A stretch of DNA of 64,000 nucleotides. Source: a virus. Taxonomy: Duplodnaviria > Heunggongvirae > Uroviricota > Caudoviricetes. The notes beneath the pieces were generated by a model, which had not been told where the DNA came from, did not search any database, and saw only the letters and a list, made by a program, of their open reading frames with translations. The stretch is taken from the IMG/VR virus record IMGVR_UViG_3300039452_000031; one strand, written 5' to 3'. Positions 8,609 to 17,458 of this stretch are shown here, piece after piece. The first letter of the stretch is position 1, and each line of letters starts with the position of its first letter. Made by a program: the position numbers and the translations under genes.

Positions 8609-9879
8609 TGCAGGTTATCAAAGACAAGGGCTCTGTTCCCATCAAGGCCTGGGTTGGTACGCGGGAAGAAGTCATCAAAGACTCCGAAGATGACGTCCCT
8701 TTCGAGAAGGTGATTACCGTTCCAGACATGGAGGACTCTGCCCTTCAGCAGGCGAAAAATATTGCTCGCTTGCCTTTCATCTTCCCCAAAGGGGTGGCAC
8801 TTATGCCTAACGTTCACTGGGGTATGGGGGCCACCATTGGATCTGTGATCCCTTCGGCCAACGTCGTTATCCCTGCCGCTGTGGGTGTGGACATCGGCTG
8901 TGGCATGAACGCCGTGCGCTTGTCTATCAAGGGCTCTCAGTTGCCTGACAATCTCAAGGAAATCCGGCACCAAATCGAGCGAGATGTACCGGTTGGTACG
9001 GGTCGCAATGGGGACCACAACATTGACTGCATTCGGACCTCAGTCACTAACATCCCCATGTCAGTGCTGTACGCTATGGGCTCAAAGTCTGAGGCGAAGG
9101 CTCAAGATCAAGCCCAATTGAAGGCCTCCACCCAACTCGGGACCTTGGGCTCAGAAAACCATTTCATCGAACTCTGTACCGATGAGAATGACGATGTGTG
9201 GGTCATGCTACACTCAGGCTCCCGCGGGATCGGCAATCTGGTCGGACGATACTACGTAGAGAAGGCAAAGGACTTGATGGCCAAGTTCTTTATCAGCCTT
9301 CCGGATAAGGACCTGGCGTACCTGCCTGACGGAACGCAAGAATTTGCCGACTATGTGGAGGCCGTCGAATGGGCGCAGAACTATGCGTTGGAAAATCGTA
9401 AGGAGATGATGTTCCTTACAGTGGCGGCCATCAAGCATCGCCTACCTGAGCTGACCGTGGAAGTCACATCCGAAGCCGTTAGCTGCCACCACAACTACAT
9501 TGCGCGCGAGCACCACTTTGGTCAGAACTTGTGGATCACTCGAAAGGGCGCGGTCCGCGCTCGTGAAGGCGAGCTGGGTATCATTCCCGGCTCTATGGGT
9601 CAGAAGTCCTACATCGTGCGTGGCAAAGGCAACCCTGACAGCTACTGCTCTTGTTCCCACGGAGCTGGTCGTGCAATGTCTCGGGGCCAGGCCCGAGGTA
9701 TGTTCACCGCCTTGGACCTTGAGCGGCAAACCGAAGGAGTTGAATGCCGCAAAGACTTGGAGGTCGTGGACGAGATTCCCAGCGCCTACAAGGATTTGGA
9801 CATCGTGATGGCCAACCAGACTGAGCTGGTGGAAGTAGTCCACACGTTGAAGGCCGTTCTGTGTGTCAAGGGCTCCTGA
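8608..9879 (+). CDS. rtcB: RNA-splicing ligase RtcB
   Basis: Hallmark RtcB blocks: HNYIAREHHFGQNLWITRKGA, GSMGQKSYIV, SCSHGAGRAMSRGQA and HSGSRGIGN. Confidence 0.85.
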   Translation: MQVIKDKGSVPIKAWVGTREEVIKDSEDDVPFEKVITVPDMEDSALQQAKNIARLPFIFPKGVALMPNVHWGMGATIGSVIPSANVVIPAAVGVDIGCGMNAVRLSIKGSQLPDNLKEIRHQIERDVPVGTGRNGDHNIDCIRTSVTNIPMSVLYAMGSKSEAKAQDQAQLKASTQLGTLGSENHFIELCTDENDDVWVMLHSGSRGIGNLVGRYYVEKAKDLMAKFFISLPDKDLAYLPDGTQEFADYVEAVEWAQNYALENRKEMMFLTVAAIKHRLPELTVEVTSEAVSCHHNYIAREHHFGQNLWITRKGAVRAREGELGIIPGSMGQKSYIVRGKGNPDSYCSCSHGAGRAMSRGQARGMFTALDLERQTEGVECRKDLEVVDEIPSAYKDLDIVMANQTELVEVVHTLKAVLCVKGS

Positions 9880-9883
9880 ACTT

Positions 9884-10156
9884 ATGGCCAGAAAAGCCAA
9901 CTGTCCGCCAGGTGCCAGAGTAGTCGTCTACGAGGTCATGAAGATGATGAACGGCCGCCATAACCAGCGGGTTATCCTTGGCTACACCTTTAACAAGGGT
10001 CTGGCTGATGACCTGGCGGCCGACCAGCATGCACAGGTGACCCGTCGCTTTGCGGTTCATATCGACAATCGCTGGTACCTTCTAAGCTCTGTGTTTCCAA
10101 TCACAGTCATCCCTCATCGAGAGCCTCCCTTCGAGGCTTTCGATCCCTGCATCTAG
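9884..10156 (+). CDS. hypothetical protein
   Basis: 90-aa ORF with first ATG 5 nt after the rtcB stop. Confidence 0.4.
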   Translation: MARKANCPPGARVVVYEVMKMMNGRHNQRVILGYTFNKGLADDLAADQHAQVTRRFAVHIDNRWYLLSSVFPITVIPHREPPFEAFDPCI

Positions 10157-10185
10157 TCCCCAACCGCTCCTAGAAAGGAAGCATC

Positions 10186-10494
10186 ATGTCCCAAGACCAA
10201 CACCTCTCGTTCGCCATCGGTACGGCCGTGGAATTCACCGAGGCCTTCAAGGCCAAGGGTAAGCTTATGCCCAAGCCCAATCACGACTACCAGTGCGAAT
10301 TTCAATGGATCGTATGCGATGTATCGGTGCAAACCGGTGAGCTTAAATACGCGGTAAACGGTATGGCTTGGTTCGCTCATGCGGATCTGAAGTTCGTGGA
10401 CTACGCTACGGAAGCCAGCGTGAACTTCGCCATTGAGGAGATGGGCGAAGAAGAGGAAGAGGAAGATGAAGAGGACCTCGACTGGGAGGAGTGA
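10186..10494 (+). CDS. hypothetical protein with poly-acidic C-tail
   Basis: AGAAAGG SD motif upstream. C-terminus EEMGEEEEEEDEEDLDWEE. Confidence 0.5.
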   Translation: MSQDQHLSFAIGTAVEFTEAFKAKGKLMPKPNHDYQCEFQWIVCDVSVQTGELKYAVNGMAWFAHADLKFVDYATEASVNFAIEEMGEEEEEEDEEDLDWEE

Positions 10495-10805
10495 CCTTCA
10501 TGTCCATCTGGTATCAGGGCCGAATCAAGACCTCCATAGGACCATGGGCTAAAGGTGATCAATGCCTATTCCGCACCACAGGTATCAAACACACCTCGAT
10601 AGGCCTCACCTACTGGGTGTTTGACGGTCACCAGAGGTTCATGCAGCTCACCGTGCCGTTGGTCAAGGAGCACGTTGTGGCCGTTAAGAGGTTTAGCGAC
10701 CAGGATTTGGCAAATCGCAAATTCCAGCCCTTCTTGACCACATATGAACAGGTGCGAAACCACCCTATGGGTAAAAACTATAAAAAACAGGAGAGTGAAC
10801 ATTGA
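10491..10805 (+). CDS. hypothetical protein
   Basis: 104-aa ORF with ATGA overlap to the upstream gene. Confidence 0.4.
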   Translation: MTFMSIWYQGRIKTSIGPWAKGDQCLFRTTGIKHTSIGLTYWVFDGHQRFMQLTVPLVKEHVVAVKRFSDQDLANRKFQPFLTTYEQVRNHPMGKNYKKQESEH

Positions 10806-10814
10806 GGAAGCTCT

Positions 10815-11048
10815 ATGAGCCGTCTACCAGAAGTCAACACCGTTATCCCGTGCCGCAACGAGCACGTAATCACCCTGAAGAACAACAAACCCGCAATCTG
10901 CGCTGAATGGAAGGCTTCTGGTTGGGTTGCGGTTGATCCTTCCGAGCGCAGGGGCCTGATTGTGCTCCTGCAGAACGTGGTCCCCAACATCGAGGGGGCC
11001 CAGGTCGTCAAAAGACACAAAAACAGCGTGGAAGCGGTCGCAGTATGA
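10815..11048 (+). CDS. hypothetical protein
   Basis: 77-aa ORF with RBS GAGGAAG. Confidence 0.4.
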   Translation: MSRLPEVNTVIPCRNEHVITLKNNKPAICAEWKASGWVAVDPSERRGLIVLLQNVVPNIEGAQVVKRHKNSVEAVAV

Positions 11049-11087
11049 GCAGCAGGGCGCTGGTTCCCTACAGTGCGATCCCACATC

Positions 11088-11115
11088 TTGCGCTTCTAAA
11101 AAACTATGCTATACT
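11088..11115 (+). promoter_or_regulatory. host-type promoter TTGCGC-16-TATACT with TGc extension
   Basis: Lies in the 110-nt gap before ATG 11159. Shares the TGCTATACT core with the 4700 and 24476 promoters. Confidence 0.4.
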
Positions 11116-11158
11116 GCTATCACGGCAGGCTGCGAGTGTGTCTAAGCGCTACACAGCA

Positions 11159-11836
11159 ATGTTTGATCGCGCAGAAGCTCTGCTTATGGCCGCCTGCGAG
11201 GCCCATGAGGATCTCATGCAGAAGCTTCACGACCTGAAGCAGGATCTTCATCTGCAAACCAAGGGGGTACCTGCAACCGAAGCCGTGGACGTGCAGGGGC
11301 GTAATAACCTTGCCGCTGTCCACCAAACTCACGAAGCAACCGCTGCCCAGAAGGAGATTATTAAGAAGGCTTTTCGAGAAGCCGTAAAATACGCTCATCC
11401 CGCCAAAGGCGGTTCTGAGGAAGAACTCGCTATGGTGATCGCGGCCTACAAAGCCTACAATTTGACAGCCTTGACCGACTACGTGTTGGCCAAGAACCGG
11501 ACGGTGCTGGAGTCCATCGCGTTCTTCAAGGACGAGGCTCAAAGGCACCCTCTGGCCTGGAAGATGTTTCAGGCGTCCTCGCAGTACCAAGTAGTAAGAA
11601 ACACGGAGATGGGTTTTAAAGATAGGGCCGAAATGTTGGCCCGACTCTACTTAGAATCCCAAATTCGAGAACTGGAACTCGAACTCCTGTCCCAATTCCA
11701 ACGATCTATTTTCCCCACCGAAAGGAGCCATCATGGCCATCCCCAAGAAGACAGTGAAGAAGGTAGCCCCTTCCCAGAAAGCACCAGTGAAGAAGGCGAC
11801 GGTCACCAAGCTGGCACCGAAGCGCACCCGCTCTGA
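11159..11836 (+). CDS. hypothetical protein with J-domain-like segment (HPA instead of HPD)
   Basis: IIKKAFREAVKYAHPAKGGSEEELAMVIAAYKAY resembles J-domain helices II-III. The 3' end overlaps the next gene by 104 nt, so the true end may differ. Confidence 0.35.
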   Translation: MFDRAEALLMAACEAHEDLMQKLHDLKQDLHLQTKGVPATEAVDVQGRNNLAAVHQTHEATAAQKEIIKKAFREAVKYAHPAKGGSEEELAMVIAAYKAYNLTALTDYVLAKNRTVLESIAFFKDEAQRHPLAWKMFQASSQYQVVRNTEMGFKDRAEMLARLYLESQIRELELELLSQFQRSIFPTERSHHGHPQEDSEEGSPFPESTSEEGDGHQAGTEAHPL

Positions 11837-12560
11837 AGACGAGGACACGCCGCCGGCTAAAGCAGGCAAGGTTATCAAGGGCGCCTTCGGCCGCCCGGCA
11901 GGCAAGCGTACGGCAACCAAGCGCAAGCCCATCCCGACCTACAAGGCCCCCGCAGACTTCAAGGCCCACTCGCTGCTGGTACAATTCCGCACCGAGAAGG
12001 ACGGTCTCATCGGCGCCGACATCAAGGCCACCCGTTACCAAGGCCGCTTCGACTTCGACGCCGACGACAAGAAGAAGTCGGACCTCGCAAGCTACGATCC
12101 CCAGACGCTGGCTGGTCTGGCTGCCCGTCTCGGCGCCGTGACCTTCAAGCCCAACGCGGAGCGCCGAATGTCGGTCTCTCCTGCTGACCGCTCAAATGCT
12201 GGCCAAACGAAGTCCAAGGTCGACGGTGAGGTCAAGATCAAGAAGCACTATGCGGTGAACACTGACGGTACCCCGATGTATGGGGCGGCCCGTCTGCCGG
12301 CCAGCGCGGTCTTCCAGGTCCACATCCGCGTCGGCAAGTCGGCCGCCAAGGGTGACATCCTGACCGCAGGGGTGCGTGGCATGTGGCAAATCGTGACCAA
12401 GAAAGACACAGGCCGCCGTATCCGCAAGGAGCTGCCGAAGACTGACGTGGCATTCAAGATGGTTCGCCGAGCTGCTCGTGTGCTGCCGGCTGCTTTTGCC
12501 CAGGTTCAGATGCCCCCGAAGCGTGGTCGCCGTGCCGCTGCTGAAGGCGCTGACGAGTAA
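11733..12560 (+). CDS. basic Lys/Ala/Pro-rich histone H1-like protein
   Basis: Strong RBS AAGGAG. N-terminus PKKTVKKVAPSQKAPVKKATVTKLAPKRTRS. Confidence 0.55.
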   Translation: MAIPKKTVKKVAPSQKAPVKKATVTKLAPKRTRSEDEDTPPAKAGKVIKGAFGRPAGKRTATKRKPIPTYKAPADFKAHSLLVQFRTEKDGLIGADIKATRYQGRFDFDADDKKKSDLASYDPQTLAGLAARLGAVTFKPNAERRMSVSPADRSNAGQTKSKVDGEVKIKKHYAVNTDGTPMYGAARLPASAVFQVHIRVGKSAAKGDILTAGVRGMWQIVTKKDTGRRIRKELPKTDVAFKMVRRAARVLPAAFAQVQMPPKRGRRAAAEGADE

Positions 12561-12605
12561 ACCCGATAACTAAGCCCACACCTTTCATCCCCAACCTTAA
12601 AGGAC

Positions 12606-12971
12606 TTGATCATGACTACACTGATTTCCATTCCCGTGGGCACGGAAGTCACCTTCACGCCGGACGCTGAATCGGAATACGACCTGCCGGGCGACGTGGA
12701 AGGTAAGTTCTACATCACCTCTGCAGTGCTCGTCGAACCTGGATACGTCGAGTACGCGGTGAACGAACAGGACGGCTTCGCGGTCGACGATCTGGACGTC
12801 GTTGCGAGTCCGACCGAAGACTCTCTGAACCTTGATTTCTCTGAACTCGTCACCAATGAAGACGGTGATGACGAGGAGGGTGAGGATGAAGGTGAGGACT
12901 CGGTCTACGGTGAGGAGGACGAGGACGGTGAGGAAGAGGCCGAGGACGAAGAAGGCTCCGAACCGCTCTGA
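12606..12971 (+). CDS. hypothetical protein with poly-acidic C-terminus
   Basis: RBS AAAGGA. C-terminus DGDDEEGEDEGEDSVYGEEDEDGEEEAEDEEGSEPL. Confidence 0.5.
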   Translation: MIMTTLISIPVGTEVTFTPDAESEYDLPGDVEGKFYITSAVLVEPGYVEYAVNEQDGFAVDDLDVVASPTEDSLNLDFSELVTNEDGDDEEGEDEGEDSVYGEEDEDGEEEAEDEEGSEPL

Positions 12972-12998
12972 ACCTCAAAAGCCCTTAAAAACCCATAC

Positions 12999-13010
12999 AA
13001 ACTGTAAACA
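12999..13010 (+). promoter_or_regulatory. conserved 12-mer AAACTGTAAACA (candidate phage-specific promoter), copy 1
   Basis: One of six near-identical copies; 74 nt upstream of ATG 13084 and followed by the hairpin GCAGG(N10)CCTGC. Confidence 0.5.
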
Positions 13011-13083
13011 CGCAGTAGCAGGATGGTGGTGACCTGCACCAATCACCCCAAAGCAAATCGATTTGCAACAAGGAAAATACATC

Positions 13084-13911
13084 ATGGCTCGTACCGCAAA
13101 GACCTCCGCACGCAACACCCGCGCTGTCAAGAAGCCTGCACGTGGCGCCGCAGCGAAGCCGGCTCGCGCTGCTCGTGGCACCCGTACTGCAACCCGTGGC
13201 GCTCGCGCTGAACGCGCACCGAAGGTGACGAAGACCACGCGCGCTACCCGTCAAGCCAAGGCCGCACCGAAGCGTGCGCCGAAGGCTACGAAGGTGAGCA
13301 AGGCCGCAACGGTGAGCGCATCGCTTGGTCTCCAGATCGTGACCTCGATCAGTGGTGAAGTCAAGCTCACGCCGCAGGCTTACATTGTCAATGGTCAAGT
13401 GATTCCTCACGCGCTGGTCGTGGCTGTCGTCGGTGAAACGATCTACTACCGCGCGACCGTCAATCTCGGCACCATCGAGTCGGCCAAGGAAGTCAAGGGC
13501 AAGCAAGTCTTTGCCACCGACGCTGGCAACGTCGTGGTGTTCGACCCCACAGCCTTGAGCATCATCGCCGGTGCAGCCGCTGCTGCTTCGGAAGACGAAG
13601 ACGGTGATGACGAGGAGTCGGAAGACGAAGAAGCCGACGATACCGACGAAGAGGCTGAGGAAGAGGAAGAAGAGGACGAAGAGGAAGAGGAAGAGGAAGA
13701 GGAAGAGGACGAAGAGGAAGAGGAAGAGGAAGAGGAAGAGGACGAAGAGGAAGAGGCTCCCCGTCGTTCGAAGAAGGCTGTGAAGAAGCCGGCCAAGAAG
13801 GTGCCCAAGAAGGCTCGCGACGAAGAAGAGGAAGAAGAGGACGAGGAAGGCGAAGATGAGGACGAAGAATTCAACTTCGACGACGAGGAAGACGAAGGCG
13901 AAGACGAATAA
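13084..13911 (+). CDS. chimeric histone H1-like (N-terminal basic) and poly-Glu/Asp (C-terminal) protein
   Basis: N-terminal ~90 aa is an Arg/Lys/Ala/Thr-rich basic region. The C-terminus has long EEEEEEEEEED runs. ATG 13084 is preferred over the TTG at 13063 given by the ORF track. Confidence 0.6.
   Translation: MARTAKTSARNTRAVKKPARGAAAKPARAARGTRTATRGARAERAPKVTKTTRATRQAKAAPKRAPKATKVSKAATVSASLGLQIVTSISGEVKLTPQAYIVNGQVIPHALVVAVVGETIYYRATVNLGTIESAKEVKGKQVFATDAGNVVVFDPTALSIIAGAAAAASEDEDGDDEESEDEEADDTDEEAEEEEEEDEEEEEEEEEEDEEEEEEEEEEDEEEEAPRRSKKAVKKPAKKVPKKARDEEEEEEDEEGEDEDEEFNFDDEEDEGEDE
13610..13905 (+). repeat. coding GAR-rich (GAG/GAA/GAC) tandem repeats, ~33-nt unit
   Basis: gaggaagaggaagaggaagaggaagaggacgaa repeated about 2.5 times, plus related stretches. 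Confidence 0.6.
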
Positions 13912-13929
13912 GTTCGTGATGGCCTGATC

Positions 13930-13961
13930 AAGGAAGGGGACTGTGTGCCCCTTCCTTTTTT
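13930..13961 (+). terminator. rho-independent terminator
   Basis: AAGGAAGGGG(N8)CCCCTTCCTT followed by TTTT, 19 nt after the stop at 13911. Confidence 0.85.
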
Positions 13962-13973
13962 GCAAGGAGCCCC

Positions 13974-14261
13974 ATGAGCAAAGACGTTCTCGCACTTTAT
14001 AGCCGGAAATGCAAAAGGTGTGGACACTTGGATCCGGAGGAGACCAAGAAGTTCACTAGCTGTCACTACAGCAGAGGGAACATTGAATGTCCCGCACAGG
14101 AGGTGCAGATTGCAGTAGTGGGTGAAGCCAAAAGGTTGGCGGCTTCACTGAAGAAGGCGAAAGCCGAAGACAACCTTAGGCTGGAGATCAGAATCCTTGA
14201 GTACGTGAGGACGAAGACCCAAGCCTTCCAACACCGTTTCAAAGAGTGGACAAAGTCATGA
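13974..14261 (+). CDS. hypothetical Cys-rich (zinc-ribbon-like) protein
   Basis: CKRCGH...CHYSRGNIECP. RBS AAGGAG. Confidence 0.45.
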   Translation: MSKDVLALYSRKCKRCGHLDPEETKKFTSCHYSRGNIECPAQEVQIAVVGEAKRLAASLKKAKAEDNLRLEIRILEYVRTKTQAFQHRFKEWTKS

Positions 14262-14992
14262 GCGAGAGAACGAAGCCCACGACACTCAAGTTGGTCAAGA
14301 ACAAGTCCTGGTACATTCCGGGCGACACCCAGACGTACAAGACGCTGAAGAGCTTGGGCGTCCCACTGGTTAAAATCCACGTGGATATGATCCCCACGCT
14401 CAAGCTCCTTTTCGAGTCCCGTGGCATAGAAGCCCGGGCACAGAATTTCAAGTACCTGCTGGACAAGATGCTCGACAAGGTCGGGAGTCAATGGCAGGCA
14501 AAGCAGGGCCGTACCTGCAGGCTGGCGGAGACCCGCCTTCTTTTCCAAGCCAAGGGTGATCGCCATCGCAAGGCCTTCAACGCCCTTGACGTATACCTTG
14601 CGAAGTTCTTTGCGCGCTGGGGCTACTCGTATTCTGCGGAGTTCTCGGAGACTCCTGGTCGCATGAAGATGGTGGTCGACTATCGCTTCGACCCTGAGCG
14701 CAACCCCATCATCCCTACGGTCGAGGCTCCGGTCAAGACTGTGACTGAGTTCGAGATGGGGTTCACCAAGCTGCGTATCACCTTCAACGACAAGCCTACT
14801 GTTGCGGGAACAACTCGCACCCGCACACTGCCGGCCAATATTCAGGTCGAGGTGTTAGAGAAGGCAGGGTCTGACTGGCGGCCTCGCTACCAGTCTACTT
14901 GTGTGGATGCCCAGCTGGGTGAAGTCACCCAGTTGATGGAGGCTGTGGCCATCATTCATCAGCGCCGCAAGGTGCAAGAGGGCCGAGCATGA
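14246..14992 (+). CDS. hypothetical protein
   Basis: 248-aa ORF. Confidence 0.5.
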   Translation: MDKVMSERTKPTTLKLVKNKSWYIPGDTQTYKTLKSLGVPLVKIHVDMIPTLKLLFESRGIEARAQNFKYLLDKMLDKVGSQWQAKQGRTCRLAETRLLFQAKGDRHRKAFNALDVYLAKFFARWGYSYSAEFSETPGRMKMVVDYRFDPERNPIIPTVEAPVKTVTEFEMGFTKLRITFNDKPTVAGTTRTRTLPANIQVEVLEKAGSDWRPRYQSTCVDAQLGEVTQLMEAVAIIHQRRKVQEGRA

Positions 14993-15423
14993 ACTATCCG
15001 AAGAGCGATGTCATAGTCCACATGGACATCCAGCTCAAGGAACTGGAGGCTCGACGGGAAGCCGTCATCAAGTCCGTGCAGCTGGGCTGCAACCACGAAG
15101 AACTAGGTGAGTGCGACTATCTGAATCAGGACTGGCTTGGCTCGATGCCTCCAATGCGTATCTGTCTGCATTGCGGCATGTCTGAGGATGGCTGGTCCTG
15201 GTATGTGCTTCACGGTGAGGCCAATAAAGTTGGTCGTCTAAATTACGATCAGAAGATTCCGATTCGTAAGATGGATCGTGACGACCTATATCGCGCTCGC
15301 CGGGGTCTATCGATTCGGGACGCTCACAAGGGACCAATCGCTCGACGTGAGGTCACGCTCGCCCAATTGATTGAGGCCGATGGTGACCTCAAGAAGCTGG
15401 GCATCGAAGAGGAAAAAGATTGA
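14989..15423 (+). CDS. hypothetical Cys-rich protein
   Basis: Contains CNHEELGECDY...ICLHCGM. ATGA overlap with the upstream gene. Confidence 0.45.
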   Translation: MNYPKSDVIVHMDIQLKELEARREAVIKSVQLGCNHEELGECDYLNQDWLGSMPPMRICLHCGMSEDGWSWYVLHGEANKVGRLNYDQKIPIRKMDRDDLYRARRGLSIRDAHKGPIARREVTLAQLIEADGDLKKLGIEEEKD

Positions 15424-15425
15424 TC

Positions 15426-15557
15426 ATGGAGACCCTAATGCCTATCGAGGATGAGGATCAGGTTCGTGCGCGGCGACGTCAGGAGTACGTATCGCCATGG
15501 GCTTGGCGTTCCAAGAAGCATGAAGGTCTTAGATTCATCATCGGCAAGCAAGCATGA
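15426..15557 (+). CDS. small ORF (43 aa), translationally coupled to topo II
   Basis: ATG 2 nt after the upstream stop. Its TGA overlaps ATG 15554 (ATGA). Below the 60-aa cutoff of the ORF track. Confidence 0.25.
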   Translation: METLMPIEDEDQVRARRRQEYVSPWAWRSKKHEGLRFIIGKQA

Positions 15558-17458
15558 CCAAATACACATCAGACTCAATTGAGACCCTAAGATTTCCGGA
15601 TTCGATTAGACGTAATCCCAGCATGTACGTGGGTGGCACTGACGCACATGGTCTGTTCGTGATCTTGCGGGAGCCTTCAGACAACGCGGTTGACGAGCAT
15701 CTGGCTGGACGCAACGATTCGGTGTCGATCAAGGTCGACACCGATGGCTCTTATTGGGTGCAAGACTCTGGTGCTGGCATCCCTCAGGGCATCAAGAAGA
15801 TCGTCATCAACGTCAATGGCAAGGAGATCAAATCCTCCATGCCAACCCTCCAAGCCGTCGTAGGGGAACTTCACACTTCGGGTAAATTCCACTCAGAGGC
15901 CTACAAAGTCTCTATGGGAACCCACGGTATAGGTATCAAGGGGACTAATGCCCTGTCCGAGTTCTTCACCGTCCACACTTGCTACAAAGGCGAGTGGTTC
16001 GAAATCGGGTTCAAGAAAGGCAAGCTCGTTACCCCTGTAAAGTCTTCTAAGGCTCCCATAAGCCCGTTCACTGGCAAGCGGGTAGTCAAAGGCACCTTGA
16101 TTCACTTTCAACCAGATGCTTCTGTTTTCTCGGTCAAGAGTTTCCCGCCGGCGATGCTTCTTGAGTGGGCTGAAATTCAAGCCTACTTGAATCCCGGCCT
16201 CAAGGTTACCGTGGACGTTAAGGGGAAGACCAAAACCTTCTTCTCCAAGAAGGGGGCGTCAGAGCTGATTCACAAGTGGCTGGCTAAGGAGCAGGATGTA
16301 GCGGTTGAAGCCGATGCCTTCATCTTCAATAACGAGCTGGCTCATTCAACCGTCATGTTTTCTAACGTCGATGGTTTCAAAGTCAAAGGCTACGTTAACG
16401 GTCTTGGCAACTCTCAGGGTGGCAAGCACGTGGACTCTGTCGCCCGTGCCCTGTATGAAGCCATCAAGCCCTACATGACGGGCATCAAAAAGGTCGAGGG
16501 CAAGCCCAAGTACCCGTTCGGCATCGATGACTTCAAAGACGGCATGATCGGGGTTGTGAACGCCAAGCTGCACAAGGCCGCATTCTCTTCTCAAGATAAG
16601 GCGAAGCTTACCGATGATCGCATGGGTAAGGATTTCGAAGCCCTAGTCCTTCCGGAAGCCAAGAAGTTCTTCGCCGCCAACAAGGCTATGGCTAAGCGCC
16701 TGTGTGATCGGGCAACCAAGATCACGGAACTGAAAGGCAAGTTCAAGGCCTCCAAGGCCGTGGCGACGGCTCTGAATAAGATGAAGCGTTCCGGCTTGCC
16801 TCCCAAGTACGCCCCGCCGTCTAGATCCGTACCTCCTGCGCAGCGTGAGATTTTCATCGTCGAGGGCGATTCGGCTGCCGGCGGCATTCGCAAAGTTCGT
16901 CTCCCTCACCAAGGGCTTCTACCCCTTAAGGGTAAGATGATGAACGCCTGGAGGGCTAAGGGCGACAAAGCTCTGGCCTCCTTTGCGACCATGAGCTTGC
17001 TGGCGGCTATGGGCTTCGATCCCCGCCACGAGGACCCCCTGAAGAAACTGCAAGTAGGCGCAGTGATTCTCTTGGCCGACGCGGACGCCGACGGGGAACA
17101 CATCAACTGTCTGCTGAATGCCTTGTTCTCCAAGTACCTGCCTGGGATGTATGAGGCGGGAATGATCTACGTTGGGGACATGCCGGAGTTCTATGCTATC
17201 AAGGGTGACCAGCTGTTCACCGGCGACACCTTGAGTAGCATTCAAAAGAAGCTCAAGGCTGCGGGCGTGAAGGCTGAGGTTAAGCATGCCAAGGGCTGGG
17301 GCGAAGTTGACCATCAGGTGCTGAAGATTTTGGCTGTTGACGCCGAGACGCGGAAGCTGATTCGAATCAAGCCCTTGTCTAAGAAAGACTTGAGTGACTT
17401 CTCGGCCTTGATGGGTAAGTCTGACCCAGGAGAAGCCAATCAACAGGAGAAAGAATGA
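15554..17458 (+). CDS. type II DNA topoisomerase, ATPase/TOPRIM subunit (GyrB/T4 gp39-like)
   Basis: GHKL ATPase motifs SDNAVDEHLAG, DSGAGIP, HTSGKF and HGIGIKG. TOPRIM motifs EIFIVEGDSAAG, PLKGKMMNAW and LADADADGEHI. Confidence 0.85.
   Translation: MTKYTSDSIETLRFPDSIRRNPSMYVGGTDAHGLFVILREPSDNAVDEHLAGRNDSVSIKVDTDGSYWVQDSGAGIPQGIKKIVINVNGKEIKSSMPTLQAVVGELHTSGKFHSEAYKVSMGTHGIGIKGTNALSEFFTVHTCYKGEWFEIGFKKGKLVTPVKSSKAPISPFTGKRVVKGTLIHFQPDASVFSVKSFPPAMLLEWAEIQAYLNPGLKVTVDVKGKTKTFFSKKGASELIHKWLAKEQDVAVEADAFIFNNELAHSTVMFSNVDGFKVKGYVNGLGNSQGGKHVDSVARALYEAIKPYMTGIKKVEGKPKYPFGIDDFKDGMIGVVNAKLHKAAFSSQDKAKLTDDRMGKDFEALVLPEAKKFFAANKAMAKRLCDRATKITELKGKFKASKAVATALNKMKRSGLPPKYAPPSRSVPPAQREIFIVEGDSAAGGIRKVRLPHQGLLPLKGKMMNAWRAKGDKALASFATMSLLAAMGFDPRHEDPLKKLQVGAVILLADADADGEHINCLLNALFSKYLPGMYEAGMIYVGDMPEFYAIKGDQLFTGDTLSSIQKKLKAAGVKAEVKHAKGWGEVDHQVLKILAVDAETRKLIRIKPLSKKDLSDFSALMGKSDPGEANQQEKE

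Noticed and set aside
12985-13995. 336-aa - strand ORF
   Set aside because: It is the antisense of the poly-acidic/basic coding repeats of the 13084..13911 gene (poly-Ser/Leu/Phe mirror). It has no RBS and fully overlaps a well-supported + gene.
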